From assembly GCA_963777505.1 (NCBI GenBank), contig CAVZQN010000004.1, positions 448,001 through 512,000 of the forward strand: a DNA stretch of 64,000 bases, in the 5' to 3' direction. This stretch comes from an uncultured bacterium (lineage in GTDB: Bacteria; Acidobacteriota; HRBIN11; JAKEFK01). The position numbers and the translations under genes are program-made. The notes beneath the pieces were generated by a model. That model was given only the letters and a program-made list of their open reading frames with translations. It was not told where the DNA came from and searched no databases. Each line of letters opens with the position of its first letter. Position 1 is the stretch's first letter. This document shows, one piece after another, positions 41,034-51,633 of this stretch.

Positions 41034-42815
41034 GTGGGCGACGATCCTCAAGAATTGCCTGTTAATCAGTCGGTCGAATTAAATGGCGGAACCATCTCAC
41101 TTGAGGATTTTTTTGCGCTCGGCACCAGACTCATAGAACAAAATCTATTCGAAGAAGCTCTCTCCTTATATAAAACGGCCGCCAAAATATTTCCAAATAA
41201 TCTTGCGATTAAACTCAATCTTGGCCGGGTACAAGAGCTTCAAAACAAAAGCTCGAAAGAACGTGAAAAATCAATCCAACAAGAACTCACCCGAATCCGC
41301 GAAAGGGATGATTTGATTGCATCTCACTACCTGAGTCTTGCAACTCTTTACTATGCACGCGGACAGATGCTGAACGCTGTAGAACTGCTGGAATTATCAA
41401 AAGTTAAGAATGAAAATCTAGCCAAGACCCGATATCTATTGGGAAAAATCTTCTACGATCAAGGTGATCTGAATCGAGCAATTGAGGAACTAAATCGGGC
41501 TCGCGAATTGGATCCATTTTATGAAGATACTTATAAGCACCTAGGAATTATCTACCATGAAAAGCGACAATTCGGAGATGCGATTCAAGCTTTTGTCGAT
41601 GCGTATATCCTTTCAGGAGGGACTGACGTTCCTCGTACCTCATATTACCAACGCCAGATCCGCACACTTCAAAATGAAATCGGTGCAGAAGAGCGGAAAC
41701 AATACAATCAAATTTTTGCAGATAGAAAAGAATACTTTGTAAATCTATCCAATTCACTTTCCGTGAAAAAAAATGCCTTCGAATCTGCAGTGCTCGAACA
41801 TGTGTTTATGAAACTGCGGGAAATGGAACGCACGCATATTAGCTCTGTAAATCTGGCAGTGGGTTTAAAGAAGTTTTCAGTGATTCAGAATTTAACAGAT
41901 GATGAAGCCTATTCGATTGCAAGAATGTCCTCGGAAAGATCTTTCAAAGAAAATGAGACCATTTTCCGGGAGGATGATCTCACAGAAGGAATTTACCTGA
42001 TCCACAGCGGCTCAGTGCGGATTGTAAAGACAACACCATTCGGAGAGCAGTTGTTGTCATATTTAAATCCCGGGAGCTTTTTTGGTGAGATGGATTTTAT
42101 TGATTCATTGCGTTGTTCGGCTGATGCAATCGCAAATGAAGAAACCGTACTGTTTTCCCTATCGAAAATGAAATTGGAAGAAATGTTTTTATCGCGACGT
42201 CATGTTGCAGTTCAATTTTACAGAGAATTCTGGAAGGCTCTTTCGGATCGTATCCGAAATGCGAATGAACTCCTGAAGTCATTTTTTAATGAACCCACAG
42301 GCGAAGAGAATTCAAAGAAAGTCTCTGAGTCTTCAACAGGTGAAAGTACACGTGTTGATCATGAAAAAAAGATGACACTTCTTCAGGAAAAAGGATTGTC
42401 CTCAAAGGAGCTTCGTTTGCTGGCTACTTTCAGCAGCGAAGAATTGTATAAATCAGGACAGAAGATTTTTGCTGAAGGTGAGCAAGGCGATAAGCTTTAT
42501 ATCATTCTTGATGGCGAAGTTCGAATTAGCAAATTCATTCCAGGAGCCGGGGAAGAGGCACTTGCAATTCTGGAACGGGGAGACTTTTTTGGCGAGATGG
42601 CATTGATTGATAATGCTTCGCGGTCAGCGGATGCTATTGCTCACACGGATGTGACTGTGCTTCCCATACAAAGCAGACTGTTAACTGAGATCCTTTCGCG
42701 CGATGTGGACAGCAGTTATCAATTTCTCTATATCCTTTGCAAAATCTTATCGAGAAGGCTGCGTGAAATTAACCTGAAGATATACCAGTGGCGTATGATG
42801 GCTGGTTCTTTTTAA
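41034..42815 (+). CDS. TPR protein with two cyclic-nucleotide-binding domains
   Basis: N-terminal TPRs; FFGEMDFID..CSADA and FFGEMALID..RSADA motifs. Confidence 0.88.
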   Translation: MGDDPQELPVNQSVELNGGTISLEDFFALGTRLIEQNLFEEALSLYKTAAKIFPNNLAIKLNLGRVQELQNKSSKEREKSIQQELTRIRERDDLIASHYLSLATLYYARGQMLNAVELLELSKVKNENLAKTRYLLGKIFYDQGDLNRAIEELNRARELDPFYEDTYKHLGIIYHEKRQFGDAIQAFVDAYILSGGTDVPRTSYYQRQIRTLQNEIGAEERKQYNQIFADRKEYFVNLSNSLSVKKNAFESAVLEHVFMKLREMERTHISSVNLAVGLKKFSVIQNLTDDEAYSIARMSSERSFKENETIFREDDLTEGIYLIHSGSVRIVKTTPFGEQLLSYLNPGSFFGEMDFIDSLRCSADAIANEETVLFSLSKMKLEEMFLSRRHVAVQFYREFWKALSDRIRNANELLKSFFNEPTGEENSKKVSESSTGESTRVDHEKKMTLLQEKGLSSKELRLLATFSSEELYKSGQKIFAEGEQGDKLYIILDGEVRISKFIPGAGEEALAILERGDFFGEMALIDNASRSADAIAHTDVTVLPIQSRLLTEILSRDVDSSYQFLYILCKILSRRLREINLKIYQWRMMAGSF

Positions 42816-42832
42816 CCGCAAGACCTTACAGA

Positions 42833-43171
42833 TTATTTGAAACTAGAAATCGCTTCTTCTGTACTTTCGTAGGTATCAAATATCGTCATCAACTGAGTTA
42901 TCGATAACAGATCTTTGATTTTCTTCGTGAGGTTTGCGAGTTTTAGTTCTCCTCCGCGGTTTTTTACAGAGGTGTAAACGCTAACCAGTTCTCCAACTCC
43001 TGCGGAATCCATATAGGAAACTTCCCCAAGATCGAGCACAAGTTTTTTCTTCTCTTCACCTAATAATTTGGTGATTTCATCTCTGAGCAATACATCCCCT
43101 TCGCCGATTGTGATTTTTCCCTTGGGCTGGATGATGGTAGTTCCACCTGATTCTAGCCGATTGATTTTCAT
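42833..43171 (-). CDS. STAS domain anti-sigma factor antagonist
   Basis: LDLGEVSYMDSAGVGEL and LLSITQL motifs. Confidence 0.93.
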   Translation of the reverse strand: MKINRLESGGTTIIQPKGKITIGEGDVLLRDEITKLLGEEKKKLVLDLGEVSYMDSAGVGELVSVYTSVKNRGGELKLANLTKKIKDLLSITQLMTIFDTYESTEEAISSFK

Positions 43172-43272
43172 GATACACCCTTCCTTCAGACTGCGTTGTC
43201 GAATTGTTCATCCCGCGGCTGAAAAGCGACAACTTTTCCGCTTCTACGGGGATTGGAGAATCACTAGCTATT

Positions 43273-45447
43273 TTAGTTCAGGATTCTTTGCACTTCAAGG
43301 ACGCCATTTAAGGCCTTAATAGATGATATTACACGGTCGAGATGTTTCGTATCCAATATTTCTAACGTTAATTCGATCAGTCCATGTCTATCTGGAAACG
43401 TTTGTGCTTGAACACTCTTAATATTCGTTTTCACGTTCACAATAGCTGTTGAAATATCGGCAAGGATACCTTGTTTGTCCTCGGTCCAGATTGAAATTTT
43501 GACATGTTGAAGCGTCTCTGCTTTGCCGCTCCATTCGACCTCGATTCTGCGTTCTGGATTGAACAACAGTTTCTCAAGATTCGAACAATTCGCTGAATGT
43601 ACTGAAATCCCTTTGCCTCGCGTGATATATCCAATGATCCGTTCTCCACGAATGGGATTGCAGCATTTTGCAAGATATACAAGCAAATCATGCGATCCAT
43701 GGACTTTGACAACATCACTTCCACCAATTCCAAACGCCTTCTTGACTACTGATGTAAATTTCGATTCTTCAGGTTCAGGGGCAGTTGGTGCCGCAACGTC
43801 CGTTCCAACAGGTTGCGGGACAAGCCGTTCGATGATCTGCTTCACTGAAACTTTTCCGTAGCCAATTGAACTATAAAGATCTTCAAGTTTTGAACATCCA
43901 TACTCAGGAAGTAAGGCTTGAAGTTGATCTTCTTTTAAGATTTTTTTGACATTGATCTTGTAACGACGAAGATGTTTTTCCAACAACTTTTTTCCAACTT
44001 CAATTGACTTAACGCGCTCATTCGCATTCAGCCATTGTTTAATTTTGTTGCGCGCGCGTGATGTTCGGACAACTCCAAGCCAATCGCGACTCGGTGTGTG
44101 ATTCGCCTGCGTTAGTATTTCTACAATGTCTCCGTTCTTTAACTTGTAACGTAGAGTAACAAGTTTGCCATTGACTCTTGCTCCGATACATTGATGGCCT
44201 ACATCGGTATGAATGGTGTATGCAAAATCAAGTGGAGTTGAATTTCGTGGAAATTCCTTGATATCGCCTTTTGGAGTAAATGCGTAAACTTCGTCCTGAT
44301 AAAGCTCAACCTTTACTGCATCCATGAAATCGCGATTGTCACTGACTTCCTGGTGCCATTCCACAAGATGACGAAGCCATCTCAATGCATCTTCATCCTT
44401 GCCGCCAATCACTTTGCCTTCCTTATATTTCCAATGTGCAGCAATCCCTTCTTCAGCAAGACGATGCATTTCTTGCGTACGGATTTGCATTTCAAACGGA
44501 ATTCCTTTTTCTGAAACAACAGTTGTATGAAGTGATTGATACAAGTTGGGCTTCGGCAAGGAAATAAAATCTTTGAAACGGCCTGGAATCGGCCGCCATA
44601 CCTGATGGATGATGCCAAGAATTCCGTAACAATTCTTCAGACTGTCTGTCAAAATCCTGAATGCAATAAAGTCGTAAACTTTATCCATATCGATGTGCTG
44701 TCTGCGCATTTTTTCATAAATACTGTAAACACTTTTAGTCCTGTAATGAATTTCTGCTGGAAAACCGTTTTCACGGATTTTTTTCTTTAATGCAGCTTGA
44801 ATATCTTCAATAAAACCTTCGGAATTTTTTCTTTTTGTATCGACGCGGTTTTGTATGGCTGCATACCCTTCCGGATCGATGTACTGAAGCGACAGATCCT
44901 GAAGTTCACTTTTGATTTTCCCCATGCCAAGGCGATAGGCGATCGGCGAATAAATCTCTAAAGTTTCTTTTGCAGTCGCTATCCTCCTTTCAGGTTCCAG
45001 GTATTGAAGCGTCCGCATGTTATGCAAACGGTCTGCAAGTTTAACGAGTATGACTCGCAAATCGTCGACCATTGCAAGAATCATTTTCCGGAAACTTTCA
45101 GCTTGTTGTTCTTCTCTTGAGCGGAATTGCGCGCGGCTTAATTTCGTAACTCCATCAACAATATGAGCTATCTCTTTGCCGAAATATTTTTCAATTTCTT
45201 CAACGGTTGTCGCGCTATCTTCGACGACATCGTGAAGTAATCCGACTGCGACCGACTTCGCATCCAGTTTCATGTCACATAATATGGATGCGACCTCAAG
45301 AGGATGGATTAGATAAGGTTCGCCTGATTGGCGCAATTGATGCTTGTGATTCATTGCCGAGAAGACGTAGGCCTGGCGAATTAGGTCAGTATCAGCGCTT
45401 TTTTGATAACGCTCCGCCTTCTCGATAACGTCTTCAATTCGGATCAT
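43273..45447 (-). CDS. relA: Bifunctional (p)ppGpp synthetase/hydrolase (long RSH)
   Basis: HD domain (LLHDVVED), KLADRLHNMRT, YQSLHT, EMQIRT, TGS domain, CCNP and ACT domain. Confidence 0.96.
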   Translation of the reverse strand: MIRIEDVIEKAERYQKSADTDLIRQAYVFSAMNHKHQLRQSGEPYLIHPLEVASILCDMKLDAKSVAVGLLHDVVEDSATTVEEIEKYFGKEIAHIVDGVTKLSRAQFRSREEQQAESFRKMILAMVDDLRVILVKLADRLHNMRTLQYLEPERRIATAKETLEIYSPIAYRLGMGKIKSELQDLSLQYIDPEGYAAIQNRVDTKRKNSEGFIEDIQAALKKKIRENGFPAEIHYRTKSVYSIYEKMRRQHIDMDKVYDFIAFRILTDSLKNCYGILGIIHQVWRPIPGRFKDFISLPKPNLYQSLHTTVVSEKGIPFEMQIRTQEMHRLAEEGIAAHWKYKEGKVIGGKDEDALRWLRHLVEWHQEVSDNRDFMDAVKVELYQDEVYAFTPKGDIKEFPRNSTPLDFAYTIHTDVGHQCIGARVNGKLVTLRYKLKNGDIVEILTQANHTPSRDWLGVVRTSRARNKIKQWLNANERVKSIEVGKKLLEKHLRRYKINVKKILKEDQLQALLPEYGCSKLEDLYSSIGYGKVSVKQIIERLVPQPVGTDVAAPTAPEPEESKFTSVVKKAFGIGGSDVVKVHGSHDLLVYLAKCCNPIRGERIIGYITRGKGISVHSANCSNLEKLLFNPERRIEVEWSGKAETLQHVKISIWTEDKQGILADISTAIVNVKTNIKSVQAQTFPDRHGLIELTLEILDTKHLDRVISSIKALNGVLEVQRILN

Positions 45448-45600
45448 TTAGAACTCAACCGCCGAGACGCCAAGAACGTCAAGAAATCTTATAAATCAAA
45501 ATCTTGGCTGCATGGTCATGGCGCCATGGCGGCTAATCTCTTTATCCAAATTCTAAACCGCGGAGAGGCAGAGGTCAAAGAAAGATGCGTCTCTGAAGTC

Positions 45601-45618
45601 CTACTACAATTGTGGTAG
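45601..45618. promoter_or_regulatory. Putative BlaI operator palindrome CTACTACAATTGTGGTAG (extra half-site TGTAGTAG at 45632)
   Basis: One mismatch from a perfect palindrome; TACA-NN-TGT core; directly upstream of the blaI-like gene. Confidence 0.7.
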
Positions 45619-45669
45619 AATCAATGTACTCTGTAGTAGAACTAAAGATTCAAGGAGGCCGTCTAAACA

Positions 45670-46065
45670 ATGAAAAAGAATAAAACCCGGCTAACGCGTT
45701 TTGAGTTGGAGATTATGGATCCGTTGTGGCAGCTTGGTAGAGCTTCGGTGCGGGAGATTCAAGAAAATTTGCCAGAGAAAAAGCGTCCCGCATATACTAC
45801 TATTCAGACAATCGTTCGACGCTTAGAAGAAAAAGGCGCTGTAAAACAAGTACGTAAAATCGGAAACGCGCATATATATGAAGCTGCTGTTACAAGGGAA
45901 GCTGCTCATCGGACTCTTGTTCATGATTTTTTAGATATGTTTGGCGGATCTGCAAGGCCGATCATGGCTCAATTAGCGGAAGAAGGGAAATTAAGCCTTG
46001 ATGACATTAAAGAATTAGAAAATCTTGTTTCAGCCGATGAAACAAGAGTGAGTGCAAAGGATTAA
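45670..46065 (+). CDS. BlaI/MecI/CopY family repressor
   Basis: ELEIMDPLW, AYTTIQT..RRLEEKG and MFGGS motifs. Confidence 0.93.
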   Translation: MKKNKTRLTRFELEIMDPLWQLGRASVREIQENLPEKKRPAYTTIQTIVRRLEEKGAVKQVRKIGNAHIYEAAVTREAAHRTLVHDFLDMFGGSARPIMAQLAEEGKLSLDDIKELENLVSADETRVSAKD

Positions 46066-46082
46066 ATTTAAGGAGTGTACTC

Positions 46083-47231
46083 ATGGAACTGCTGATGATG
46101 AAGCCTGATGCAATTAGCGGATTTCTGATTAATCACCTCTGGCAATCTACAATTTTCGGTATTCTCGCACTTGCAGCGATTTTAATTTTACGCCGCGCGC
46201 CTGCACGTGTTCGTTATGTATTATGGATTGCCATCTCAATAAAATTCCTGATCCCTTCCGCGGCGTTGGTTTCCCTAGCTTCATGGCTCGGCTTGAATCT
46301 TTCTTCATTTTTTATGACGATTGCCTGGGCATCGGGTGATCCGATTTCATTCCTCACGCACCAAAATGGATTTTTTTACTTAACCGATGCACTGGTTGGA
46401 AACGAATTGCATGTTCAAGCAATTACGTTTTGGACCCTCATTGGGATCTGGTTAGCAGGGAGTGCCATTCTATTCACAGTCTGGATCCGAAGACAATTTT
46501 CTTTCTGGCAAGTCTTAAACAAGTCCACAACAATCAATGAAGGCCGTGAATCATTGATCCTTGCAGAGACAATTCAGCGGATGGGAATTCGTAGAAATGT
46601 AGGTTTAATGTCTTCAAGTGAAGTATCTGAAGTGGGTGTTTGGGGAATGTTTAAGCCTGTGATTCTTCTTCCGAAGGAAATTTCCGGACAACTCAGTGAT
46701 TCAGAACTTGAAGCAATTTTCTTGCATGAACTTATTCATGTTTCGCGCTGGGATAATCTTGTAAGCAATGTTCAGATGATCATTTGCTGTCTATTTTGGT
46801 TCCATCCGCTAGTCTGGTTAGTCGATCGTATGTTGTTGTCCGAAAGGGAACGCGTTTGTGATGATCGGGTTCTTCAGCTTGGAAGCGCATCCAGAACCTA
46901 TGCATCAAGTCTTGTAAAAGTGTTGAAGTTCGGATTAGGAGTTCGAATGGCAGGAGCTTCATGCGCAGGTGGATCAAATTTGAAACGTCGCATCGAAGAC
47001 ATTGTTGCAGGTCAAGCAAATTTGCGAGTGTCCTGGAAACAAAAACTTTTGCTGGGATCGATGCTGCTCGGGCTGTTCAGTTTTACAATTGCTGCAGTAA
47101 AAATTGATGAATGCGAAATGGATATGCTGAAAAAGAAACTCTCAGTATCCCGTGGGGCATGCCCGAATAGCGCGAAGGCTCCAGTACCTGTTCAGCCTAT
47201 TCGCAAAATTCCAGCTGAATGTTCTTCTTAA
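46083..47231 (+). CDS. M56 (BlaR1-like) membrane metallopeptidase
   Basis: HLWQST, HELIH, FWFHPLVW, RERVCDD and LKRRI motifs. Confidence 0.92.
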   Translation: MELLMMKPDAISGFLINHLWQSTIFGILALAAILILRRAPARVRYVLWIAISIKFLIPSAALVSLASWLGLNLSSFFMTIAWASGDPISFLTHQNGFFYLTDALVGNELHVQAITFWTLIGIWLAGSAILFTVWIRRQFSFWQVLNKSTTINEGRESLILAETIQRMGIRRNVGLMSSSEVSEVGVWGMFKPVILLPKEISGQLSDSELEAIFLHELIHVSRWDNLVSNVQMIICCLFWFHPLVWLVDRMLLSERERVCDDRVLQLGSASRTYASSLVKVLKFGLGVRMAGASCAGGSNLKRRIEDIVAGQANLRVSWKQKLLLGSMLLGLFSFTIAAVKIDECEMDMLKKKLSVSRGACPNSAKAPVPVQPIRKIPAECSS

Positions 47232-48154
47232 CCAAATAGATTTTTCACTACAAACCAAACATTTGCAGGACGTTCTGCAAGACGTCTGATGTACCATGGG
47301 AACCAGTACGATCCATAGCTGATTAACACACGCACACGAAAGCCTTCCTCAGCGAGTCTTTTTTGTTCCCCGGTCTGAATTCCATATAAGAGTTGATACT
47401 CATAATCTTTGCCAGATAATCCAATTGCGACAGCTGCATTTTGAATCTGTGAGATCAGGTTGCCATCATGAGTTGCTATCCCTAGAGTCAGTTGATCGGA
47501 ACGGATATGTGCTAAAAGTGTTTTTGCGAGTTTCATATAATTCGCATCTACATCGCTTTTATTTGGAAATGCAACTGACTTTGGTTCTGCATAGGCTCCT
47601 TTTACCAACCTGATGGCAGGTGATAAAGGGATAAGTTGTTCAATATCCTGGGCTGTTCTATATAGATATGCTTGTAAACAAACACCTGTATTTGCAAAAT
47701 TCTTCCGTATGCGTTTGTAGATGTTGAGCGTTCGATCAACATACTGGCTTTGTTCCATATCGATCCAGATCCAGTTGTTTCTTTTTGCCGCTTCGTCTGC
47801 AAGTGATGCAGTATTTTCATAGCAAAGATCTTCATTTAGATCCAGGCCAAGTTGGGTTAACTTTACTGAAATGTAGCCATCGATATTGCGTTTCTGAATC
47901 GTCTCCAATGCATTTTTGTAATGTTGTGTAACGTTTTTCGCTTCAGTTGAATCAGAAATGTTTTCACCAAGTTGTGTAAGGATTGAGTTAATTCCTTTTC
48001 TTTGAAGGACCTCAGCTGCAGAAAGAGCTTCTTCCAGGGTTTCACCCGGCATAAATCTTGTCACCGCTTTTCGAATGAAACGATAACGAGGCAAAGAAGC
48101 GCGCAGTTTTCGATTTTCTGAAACCCACAGGAGGGCATTACGGGATATTCCCAT
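47228..48154 (-). CDS. Monofunctional proline dehydrogenase
   Basis: SVKLTQLG, IDME, LQAYLYR, RLVKGAY, IATHD and RRLAERPAN motifs. Confidence 0.94.
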   Translation of the reverse strand: MGISRNALLWVSENRKLRASLPRYRFIRKAVTRFMPGETLEEALSAAEVLQRKGINSILTQLGENISDSTEAKNVTQHYKNALETIQKRNIDGYISVKLTQLGLDLNEDLCYENTASLADEAAKRNNWIWIDMEQSQYVDRTLNIYKRIRKNFANTGVCLQAYLYRTAQDIEQLIPLSPAIRLVKGAYAEPKSVAFPNKSDVDANYMKLAKTLLAHIRSDQLTLGIATHDGNLISQIQNAAVAIGLSGKDYEYQLLYGIQTGEQKRLAEEGFRVRVLISYGSYWFPWYIRRLAERPANVWFVVKNLFG

Positions 48155-48193
48155 GCTACATTGTGCAGGAAGAAAGATAAGATGTGAAGCATG

Positions 48194-48251
48194 TGAGAAT
48201 AGAGGATAGAGAATGAGGATTGCGACTGCTATCTTCTATCTTCTATTCTCA
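48194..48251. repeat. Hairpin built from 7-mer GAATAGA/TCTATTC-type units
   Basis: TGAGAATAGAGGATAGA pairs with TCTATCTTCTATTCTCA. Confidence 0.55.
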
Positions 48252-48589
48252 ATTCTCAGGAATGCTCGCAATCTTTTAGATTCAGAGATGCGTTTACTTG
48301 GGTAGATTTTTTGTTTGAGGTAAGTGAGCCAGCTGTTCGCAACATCAGCAGGCTTCCAAATAGATGTGTACTGGTAGGTGCCTTTAACTTCTTTTCGAGA
48401 AACTGCCCCGATGCGTACAAGGCGATCAAGTGTCATTTTTACGGTAGCAAATACGACCTCGGATCCGTCAACCAGAAGCATGGATTGAACACGTGCCGCT
48501 GAAATCGTCCCGCCATTCCATAAACTGCGGAGTACATCAATTTCTGTATCGTTTAAAAGTTTTGGATTTTCCCTTCGTCTTCTGGGCAT
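48236..48589 (-). CDS. Divergent BlaI-like winged-helix regulator
   Basis: LNDTEIDVLRSLW and ATVKMTLDRL...G.V.R patterns; AGGAG RBS. Confidence 0.7.
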   Translation of the reverse strand: MPRRRRENPKLLNDTEIDVLRSLWNGGTISAARVQSMLLVDGSEVVFATVKMTLDRLVRIGAVSRKEVKGTYQYTSIWKPADVANSWLTYLKQKIYPSKRISESKRLRAFLRIENRR

Positions 48590-48818
48590 GGTCTCTCCTG
48601 ATAATGAAAGCAATTCTGCTAATATGGGATGCTTTCCTGTGACTTCCTTTCTTTATAGGAATTCCTTAAATCGCTGTATCTAAGTTATTCAGCTTTCGAT
48701 GTCGTGCAATTGATTGTCGAGGAATTTGAGAAAAAAGTACCCAATTTAGCGTGTTCTGGTTTATTCTTTGTTTCTCCAGGGCCTCGAGCGTCACAAATCG
48801 AACCCGGGAGAATTATGA

Positions 48819-50162
48819 ATGGCCAACGATAAACTTCCTGAAAAAACTCCGAAACTGACGCCCATTCAATGGGTCATTTGTGCTGTAGCTGCGCTTGGTT
48901 TTGCCTTTGATATTTATGAAATATTGATGTTGCCCTTGATCGTCAGGCCGGCTCTTCTGGAGCTTGGAAAGGTTCAGCTAGGGAGTCCTGAATTTGCATA
49001 CTGGCGCGATATGTTGTTTTATCTGCCGGCTATTTGCGGTGGGATCTTTGGTTTGCTCGGTGGCTATTTAACGGATCTTCTTGGACGTCGACGTGTTTTA
49101 GTCTGGTCAATTCTTTTATACGCTTTTTCAGCCTGTGCTGCCGGATTTACAACATCATTACCCTGGCTTGTATTTTTCCGTTGCACAACTTTCATCGGAG
49201 TCTGTGTTGAATTTGTAGCCGCAGTTGCATGGCTTGCTGAATTATTTCCGAATCCTAAACAAAGGGAATCTGTTCTCGGTTACACACAGGCATTTTCTTC
49301 AATTGGTGGCCTTCTTGTAACAGGTGCTTATTATCTTGCTGTTACTTATGGTGATTCATTTCCTGCCATTCATGGAGCGCATTCAGCATGGCGTTACACT
49401 TTAATTTCCGGACTCATTCCTGCGATTCCATTGATCATCATCCGTCCGTTCCTTCCTGAATCCACAACATGGGCCAGGAAAAAAGCGGAAGGAACTTTGA
49501 AAAGGCCAAGTTTTGCTGAGCTTTTTCAGCCGCAATATCGTAAGACAACACTTGTAACTACATTGATGTTTGCATGCAGTTACGGAGCTGCATTTGGAGC
49601 CATTCAACATCTCCCACAAATCGTTCCAGGGTTAGCAGAGGTAAAGGAACTTGCGAGACCTATACAACAGAAAATTGTTAGTTCAGTGCAGTTCTGGCAA
49701 GAGATGGGGGGATTACTCGGACGTTTCATTCTTGCATTTCTCGCAATCAGGATTCTGAGCCGCCGGCGTCTGTTGAGAATATTTCAAATTCCTGGACTGA
49801 TCATCATTCCGCTTGTGTTTTTATATCCTGCTACGAACGACTTGCAGACTTTAAAGTGGGGAGTTTTAATTGCTGGATTATTGACAGTCGCTCAGTTTAG
49901 TTTTTGGGGAAATTATTTGCCGCGAGTCTATCCTACTCATTTGCGCGGGACGGGAGAAAGTTTCGCAGCCAATATTGGCGGACGCATGATTGGAACTTCC
50001 GCCGCACTATTGACGACGCAAGTCTCACGTTTCATGCCTCCTGGAACACCTTCAGTGAAATTAGCATACGCTGCGGCATGTGTCGCTTTATTTGTTTACG
50101 CAATGGGACTACTTCTAAGTTTTTGGTTGCCTGAACCTAAACACCAGGAATTGCCTGAGTAA
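48819..50162 (+). CDS. MFS transporter
   Basis: GYLTDLLGRRR motif A; about 12 TMs; YPTHLRGTG. Confidence 0.92.
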   Translation: MANDKLPEKTPKLTPIQWVICAVAALGFAFDIYEILMLPLIVRPALLELGKVQLGSPEFAYWRDMLFYLPAICGGIFGLLGGYLTDLLGRRRVLVWSILLYAFSACAAGFTTSLPWLVFFRCTTFIGVCVEFVAAVAWLAELFPNPKQRESVLGYTQAFSSIGGLLVTGAYYLAVTYGDSFPAIHGAHSAWRYTLISGLIPAIPLIIIRPFLPESTTWARKKAEGTLKRPSFAELFQPQYRKTTLVTTLMFACSYGAAFGAIQHLPQIVPGLAEVKELARPIQQKIVSSVQFWQEMGGLLGRFILAFLAIRILSRRRLLRIFQIPGLIIIPLVFLYPATNDLQTLKWGVLIAGLLTVAQFSFWGNYLPRVYPTHLRGTGESFAANIGGRMIGTSAALLTTQVSRFMPPGTPSVKLAYAAACVALFVYAMGLLLSFWLPEPKHQELPE

Positions 50163-50207
50163 TTCGAAAGTAGTGTTATTATTCCTTTATTAGTTCGGAG
50201 GTGAGCG

Positions 50208-51546
50208 GTGAGCAATGGTGGATTAAAAAGCATTTTTAACATCAAGAAAGAGGAGCTTCCGTTTTCCCTCTTGATGGCGACCTACTTCTTTCTGGTAATC
50301 TCGAGCTTCTGGATTGTAAAGCCGATCAAAAAATCTCTTTTCATATCCTATTACAAAGCTGCTGGCGGTTTTGATTTGTTTGGGTGGCATCTGCTGGGAT
50401 CCCAGGGAGAATTATTAGCCAAAGTTTTAAATATGTTCGTTGCTGCCGTTGCGGTAATTGTATTTACAATACTCGCCCGCAAATATTTTCGGCAGCAGTT
50501 AACCATAATCTTTTCCATTTTTTCCATTATTTGTTTTGTTATCTACAGGATGCTTCTTCAAAATCCGGGAGGAGGCACAGTTTGGAGCCTTTATCTCTTT
50601 GGCGATCTTTATAACACATTGATGGTTCCAACATTCTTTGCATTTTTAAACGACAGTGTTAACGGCGATCAGGCGAAGACGATTGTACGGCCTGGTTGGA
50701 TTTGGCGGAGTTTTGGGAGGTGCGGTAGGGGCGACGACTCTTGCGGCCTTTATAAATAACGTTTCAAACGAGTCATGGATGCTGATTATGGCTGGCATCG
50801 TGGTATTGATCATGATCATTGCGATACTAGCATCACGTTACATCCCGGTGAAAGGCAAACCTCCTGAAGTGGCCAAAGCTACCGCCGATGATAAGGAAAG
50901 CAATGCCGCAGTTGAAGGTGCAAGACTTGTTTTCAAATCACGTTATCTATTAGCGATTGTCGGTATTGTTGGCTTCTATGAAATGGTTTCTACGATGATG
51001 GATTTTCAGTTTTCGTCAAGCGTTGAACATTTCGTTTCTGGAGAAAATATAGGTGCTCACTTCTCACGCGTCTTTTCAATCACAAATATTGTTGCTTTAG
51101 TTGTGCAGCTCTTCTTAACCAGTTTTGTCATGACCAAGTTTGGTGTTGGCACAGCCTTGTTGGTGCTTCCTGTAACGGCAATGTTGGGATCGCTCGGTTT
51201 TATGCTCTTCCCAAGACTATGGACAGGCAGTTTTCTAAACACAGCGGACAATGGTTTCAGTTATTCCATTAATCAATCCGCCCGCGAAGCATTGTATGTT
51301 CCGACTACCAGGGAAGAAAAATATAAAGCAAAAGCCTTCATTGATATGTTTGTTCAGCGTTTCGCAAAAGCGGTTGCCGTAGGCATCAGTCTATTGTTAA
51401 CTACATTTTTTGCTGATTTCAGCACAATTCGATGGTTATCTCTTGTTGTTGCTGTAATCCTGGTAGCATGGATTTTTGCCGCAAGATATGCTGGCCGCAA
51501 GTTTGACGAAAAAACAGGCAGTCCTAAGGCTGTGGCAGCAGACTGA
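50208..51546 (+). CDS. NTT/TLC (Npt1/Npt2, ATP/ADP translocase-like) family transporter; apparent +1 frameshift at ~50679
   Basis: KPIKKSLF, QAKRLYG (reconstructed across the shift) and YSINQSAREALYVP...KYKAKAFIDMFVQR motifs. Confidence 0.85.
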
Positions 51547-51633
51547 GAAGTGATAGGGAATTCTCCTCTTGCTACAGATTTGAATTCCTCTTATGATGGA
51601 TGTGTCCCCCACATCACCGGCAAAGGAAAATAA

